This document shows positions 42,920 through 46,850 of a stretch of DNA of 46,850 bases, piece after piece. Position numbers and translations under genes: made by a program. The stretch covers positions 1 to 46,850 of the forward strand of contig JBBIMI010000004.1 of the NCBI GenBank assembly GCA_037444485.1, read 5' to 3'. The notes beneath the pieces are model-generated. The model searched no databases. It had not been told where the DNA came from and saw nothing but the letters and a program-made list of their open reading frames with translations. How positions within the stretch are numbered: the stretch's first letter is position 1; every line of letters begins with the position of its first letter. The stretch comes from Candidatus Micrarchaeota archaeon. Lineage in GTDB: Archaea; Micrarchaeota; Micrarchaeia; Norongarragalinales; Norongarragalinaceae.

Positions 42920-44110
42920 TTAATAATACATTTTATTTAATAGCCAAGCGAACAGTGTGGCGAAAACGCGTGCGATGAAGGCGAAGAATGCCGCGATGCT
43001 CGTTACTAGAATCGCCATGACGAGCGAAAAGTTGTTGTAAAACGCGACGAACCAAGGCATTCTACCCAACAATTCTTTAGTCGAGGACGAGATTAAAGGC
43101 GAAAACGATTGCGTTATATTCCCACCAACGCGGCTAACTTGGGTCTGCATTTTCAAGTCTGAAAGCATGGTTGGGATGTCGGTGCCGACGTTAGCGTAAA
43201 CGTCGTCAATAAGCTTTTGCCGCACGTCCTCTTCAAAAACGCTTCTATTAGAAATCGAGTTCCAACCCGGAATGCCTTTCAAGAGCGCTGCGCGAACCCG
43301 TTCTATAGTTATGACTCGCGCTATCTCGTCGCGCGTCACCGCGCTCTTAACTGCTTCTGGCGTGAGCAAGCTCGCGACGTCAAGCGACAGCGTCTGCATT
43401 CCGCCGCCGGCGGCGCTTGCGCCTTGCAGCGAAAGCGCTGCTGCTACTCCGCTTTCAATGAATTGGTTCACGTAAGCGTCCTTGTTTGAAGCGATTTTAA
43501 CAAAAGAAACCGCGAAAGTTAATGCGATGAATAACAGCAACGCGATTTCAAGCGTTGTCCAAATCGACGAAATTTTTTTTCCTGCTTCTGACGAGTAGAA
43601 TGAAGCGATTAACGCTGCTGCACTAACTGAAAGCGCGAAGACGATGAAGGGCAGCATTAACGCGTTCGGGTAGAACAACGCGATTATTATTGCTGGGATT
43701 AAGGTAACTGGTAGGACGAGGCTGGCGAGCAGCCACCCTTGCCCGAAGCCGTAAAAAACCGCAATCGCTAGCGCGAACGCGAAGAGAAGCAGGAAAACAA
43801 TGAATGAAACGCTCCAAAACTTTTGAATGTTGTACTGCAAGCGGTTGAAGTCAACTAAGTCAGTAGAGTGAAAATTCGCTTTTTCAAACATCACGAGCGA
43901 AAAAGCGAAAGTCAAGAGCAAAAGCAAGAGGAAAGGCAGCTTGGCTTGAAAGTCTCTACTCGCGTGCACTGAAATAGAAGGCAGCGTTATAGTAATTTGC
44001 TTTCCGACAACGCTGCGCTGCACGGGCGCGGGCGCAGTCGTCGCTTGCGCGTGCACCGGCGGCTTTGCGCGCGAGTGCGTTGCGGCCTCGAGTTTTTCCC
44101 TCAAAGACAA
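42920..44110 (-). CDS. Multi-pass membrane protein of unknown function
   Basis: About 7 TM segments and an extracytoplasmic loop; start uncertain (TTG 44110 or GTG 44122 behind GGAGAG). Confidence 0.72.
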   Translation of the reverse strand: MSLREKLEAATHSRAKPPVHAQATTAPAPVQRSVVGKQITITLPSISVHASRDFQAKLPFLLLLLLTFAFSLVMFEKANFHSTDLVDFNRLQYNIQKFWSVSFIVFLLLFAFALAIAVFYGFGQGWLLASLVLPVTLIPAIIIALFYPNALMLPFIVFALSVSAAALIASFYSSEAGKKISSIWTTLEIALLLFIALTFAVSFVKIASNKDAYVNQFIESGVAAALSLQGASAAGGGMQTLSLDVASLLTPEAVKSAVTRDEIARVITIERVRAALLKGIPGWNSISNRSVFEEDVRQKLIDDVYANVGTDIPTMLSDLKMQTQVSRVGGNITQSFSPLISSSTKELLGRMPWFVAFYNNFSLVMAILVTSIAAFFAFIARVFATLFAWLLNKMYY

Positions 44111-44389
44111 CTTGATAATCACTCTCCTTCGGCGTTCAGCAGCTTTCAAAACCGCGAGCGCTGTTCGAAGTACACGAAGTACAAGCAATCGCGTAACCAA
44201 CTATTGAGTAACAACGATTGCGTAACCAATTCATTAATCAAACTCAATAAGCGTTTTAAAAACTTGTGATTACTCGCGATTCGCGATTTACAGGATTCCG
44301 ACGAATTCCATTCCGGCGAGTTCCCGTGAATTCCCTTGCCCACGAATTCTCTGGATTCCACAAATCCTCCGCACTCCACGAAAATTTTT

Positions 44390-45340
44390 TCAACCGAGCA
44401 CTCTCACCGAATCCTTTTCCACGAGCACAGTCACTTCAGCCTGCGACACGAGCGCGTCGAGCGCCGCGTTCACTTCTACGAGAACAGGGTATTCGCGTAA
44501 CACGTCCTGCCGCAGCAAGTCGTTTAACGCGAGTTCTGCGGACGGCAACGACATCCTCTTTGCTAGCCAACGTTTAGCGAATGGGAGAACGTGAAAATCG
44601 TTTAAAGCTATTTCGAGGAGCTTCCTGCTTTGCGGCAGCCGCACGTTCTTCGGATTCGCGACAGAGTAAATCTCGCAAACGCTTCCTTCTTCAACGCGGC
44701 CAGCGCCCGTCGTCGCGAAAGGCTCGATTGCAAAGACCTCTCCCTCCTCGAAAACGTGGTTTCCGCGCGGCACGTTCGGAATCTCGATGCCGGCGTGAAT
44801 AGAAAAAGCTTCAAGCGAGTGCCCGCACAAGTTTTCGATTGGCTTGAAACCGAATTCTTCAATAGTTTTTTGAATTTCAGCTCCAACGTCACGCGAGTTC
44901 TTGCCAGCCCGCATGACTGAAATCGCGTTTTCAAGCGCGCGTTCGCTTGCCTCGACGAGCTTCGCGTTCTCGCCGCTTAAGTCTATGGAAATCGCGGAGT
45001 CGTTGATGAAGCCGTTCACGTGCACTCCCACGTCAATCTTTACTAGGTCTTTCTCACCGAAAACTTTTTCGTCGCCTGCCTTGGGCGTGTAATGCGCTGC
45101 GGCCGCATTCAAAGAAATGTTTATTGGAAACGCGGGTTTCGCTTTCGCAGCGATTATCTCGTTTTCCAGCGCTTCAGCAACGCTTAACAGCGTTACTCCG
45201 GGCTTAACGAGGTCTTGCGCTATAGCGCGCACGCTCGCCGCAACGCGCGCTGCCTCCAAATAATTTTTTAACTCGTTAACTTCCCCTTCTTCTCTCGGTT
45301 CTTCCTCATTTTCCTTCAATTCTTTTTCGTCTTCCTTCAA
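44390..45340 (-). CDS. map: Methionine aminopeptidase, type II
   Basis: AFPINIS...AAHYTP, KIDVGVHVNGFINDSA, NLCGH, FAIEPFAT, SQAEVTV (terminal H appears as V). Confidence 0.93.
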   Translation of the reverse strand: MKEDEKELKENEEEPREEGEVNELKNYLEAARVAASVRAIAQDLVKPGVTLLSVAEALENEIIAAKAKPAFPINISLNAAAAHYTPKAGDEKVFGEKDLVKIDVGVHVNGFINDSAISIDLSGENAKLVEASERALENAISVMRAGKNSRDVGAEIQKTIEEFGFKPIENLCGHSLEAFSIHAGIEIPNVPRGNHVFEEGEVFAIEPFATTGAGRVEEGSVCEIYSVANPKNVRLPQSRKLLEIALNDFHVLPFAKRWLAKRMSLPSAELALNDLLRQDVLREYPVLVEVNAALDALVSQAEVTVLVEKDSVRVLG

Positions 45341-45519
45341 TTCTTTCCCCTACTCTCCCATTTTTTTCGTGTTTCCTATTTTTTTCTCCGTCCTCCAAGC
45401 ATTTTCTCTCAATATTTTTTTGTTTAAGCAATTTTTCCGACTCTAAATTATTTACGCACAAAACTTTATTTACACGCAAAACTTAAAACCCTCCCTTTCC
45501 TCAAAAAACAAAGAAAAAT

Positions 45520-45672
45520 AATGGAGAAAATAAAGAAAAAATAAGGAAAACAAAAAAAGAAAATAAAGAAAATAAAAGAAAAAAAACAAAAGAAAAAACA
45601 AAAGAAAAAAAGAAAAAAATTAAAATAAAAGAAAAAAAACAAAAGAAAAAACAAAAGAAAAAAAGAAAAAAA
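45520..45672. repeat. A-rich tract (T-rich on the coding strand) with duplicated units; possible terminator
   Basis: aaaaaaacaaaagaaaaaacaaaagaaaaaaagaaaaaaatt occurs twice, directly downstream of the 45674 stop. Confidence 0.75.
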
Positions 45673-45673
45673 T

Positions 45674-46850
45674 TTATTCTTCTTGGGATTCTTGTTCTTG
45701 AGGCGCTGGATTTCTCGCGCTGCCTTTCTTTTTCTTGTAATAATAGTAACCTCCAGCAATCGCGGCAACTATTATTACAATCAAGCCAGCAAGCTCCCAA
45801 GGCACTTGCGCAGCTGTCGGCTCAAGAACGCGGAAAACACACTTCGCGCTTGAACCACCAAGCGAAGAAACAATTGCTTGGTAATTTCCAGGTTTCAGGC
45901 CGCTTGCAACGAAAACGTGCGCGCCGTTCGAAACACAGTTGCTTGAATCAGCGAGAGTCAAAACTCGTTTCTCGCCGCCAGGCATAACCACGCTTGCTTG
46001 CATGCTTGGGTCGCACGCCGGCGTTCCGTCACGCGTTAAAAACGCGTTAACGCTCGCATTCTCGCCTGCGGGCGCGTTAGCGCACTTGAGTGACAACGCG
46101 TATTTAGGCGCAGTAGTCGGAACCGTCGGCGCAGGAGTTTCAGGCCATTCCGGCTGTTCAGGAAATTCTGAAGGTAGTCCTGTTGGACTCGGAGTCACTT
46201 GAGTTCCGCCTGGAGTAGTGCAATCAGGGTCTTCCACATTGATTTTCGGTTTAGAACAACACGGGTTGCACAAGTTGTCTTTCTGACAATAGCATAAAGC
46301 GCAGTAGCCTTGTCCAGTGCAGAACAATCCAGTCGGACAATCGGAATCCGCGCTGCACTGCACTGCACCGCCGCCGGCACCGCCGCCGGCACCGCCGCCG
46401 GGACCGCCGCCGCCAGTTGTTTGAATCGTGAAGCTAACAGTGTTTGAAGCCGCATAGTATTGGGGTGCTTGCGACGCGCTGCAGTTTACTAGAATAGAGT
46501 GCATTCCTTCACTCAAGTCAGACAGCGTGTCAGCGTAAGAAACGCCGTTGTTTACTGTTCCAAGCGGGGTCGTCGTGCCATCGAAAGTTTTCGAGCAAGA
46601 GTATTGTTGGAAAGAGCCTGTAACGCTGAATTCGAATGGCACCATGCTGGAAGAATAAGTGTTTCCAGCTTGCGGCGAGTAGATTACTGGCGTGTTTACG
46701 CCTGGAGTCGGAGTAGGACTCGGAGTTGAAGTAGAACTAGGAGTCGCGCTTGGACTCGGAGTTGAAGTAGAACTAGGAGTCGCGCTTGGACTCGAAGTTG
46801 GGGTTGGGCCGCCCAAGTTAACTTTAAAGTATACTGGAGTTGATTCACTG
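45674..46850 (-). CDS. C-terminal part of a surface protein (Ig-like domains, 10-Cys module, TM anchor); starts beyond the window
   Basis: Frame is open to the right edge (SESTPVYFKVNLGG...); Pro/Thr/Ser linkers, C-terminal TM helix and YKKKKG. Confidence 0.85.
   Translation of the reverse strand, partial: SESTPVYFKVNLGGPTPTSSPSATPSSTSTPSPSATPSSTSTPSPTPTPGVNTPVIYSPQAGNTYSSSMVPFEFSVTGSFQQYSCSKTFDGTTTPLGTVNNGVSYADTLSDLSEGMHSILVNCSASQAPQYYAASNTVSFTIQTTGGGGPGGGAGGGAGGGAVQCSADSDCPTGLFCTGQGYCALCYCQKDNLCNPCCSKPKINVEDPDCTTPGGTQVTPSPTGLPSEFPEQPEWPETPAPTVPTTAPKYALSLKCANAPAGENASVNAFLTRDGTPACDPSMQASVVMPGGEKRVLTLADSSNCVSNGAHVFVASGLKPGNYQAIVSSLGGSSAKCVFRVLEPTAAQVPWELAGLIVIIVAAIAGGYYYYKKKKGSARNPAPQEQESQEE
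46716..46800. repeat. 36-bp in-frame tandem repeat (2 copies plus a partial)
   Basis: Units 46716-46751 and 46752-46787 encode SPSATPSSTSTP. Confidence 0.95.

Noticed and set aside
188-46850. Diversity-generating retroelement acting on surface proteins
   Set aside because: No reverse transcriptase and no template/variable repeat pair differing at adenines was seen.

Overview
Archaeal chromosomal segment in standard code 11 (frequent GTG/TTG starts, GGTGA/GGGGG ribosome-binding sites, tRNA genes without CCA). The gene set (archaeal ThrRS, eS26, RIO1, type II MetAP, giant surface proteins) suggests a DPANN lineage, most compatible with Micrarchaeota; this is inference. It holds five large secreted or anchored surface proteins (about 31% of the window), housekeeping genes, a vapBC pair, a class III adenylate cyclase operon and a fermentation block: a minimal two-subunit group-3b-like [NiFe] hydrogenase with protease, EamA transporter and DUF6390, followed by porGDAB and a ferredoxin. 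Several accessory genes are decaying (transketolase internal deletion, TrmB-like remnant, methyltransferase). The most striking signal is that two unrelated tRNA genes 7 kb apart, tRNA-Val(CAC) and tRNA-Arg(TCT), carry long hairpin introns at different non-canonical positions (59/60 and 29/30) that share a 66-nt core with 64/66 identity, suggesting a recently mobile tRNA-intron element. Short tandem duplications are pervasive and often span stop codons. No CRISPR array, integrase, transposase or rRNA was seen. Family assignments come from motifs recognised by eye, not from database searches.
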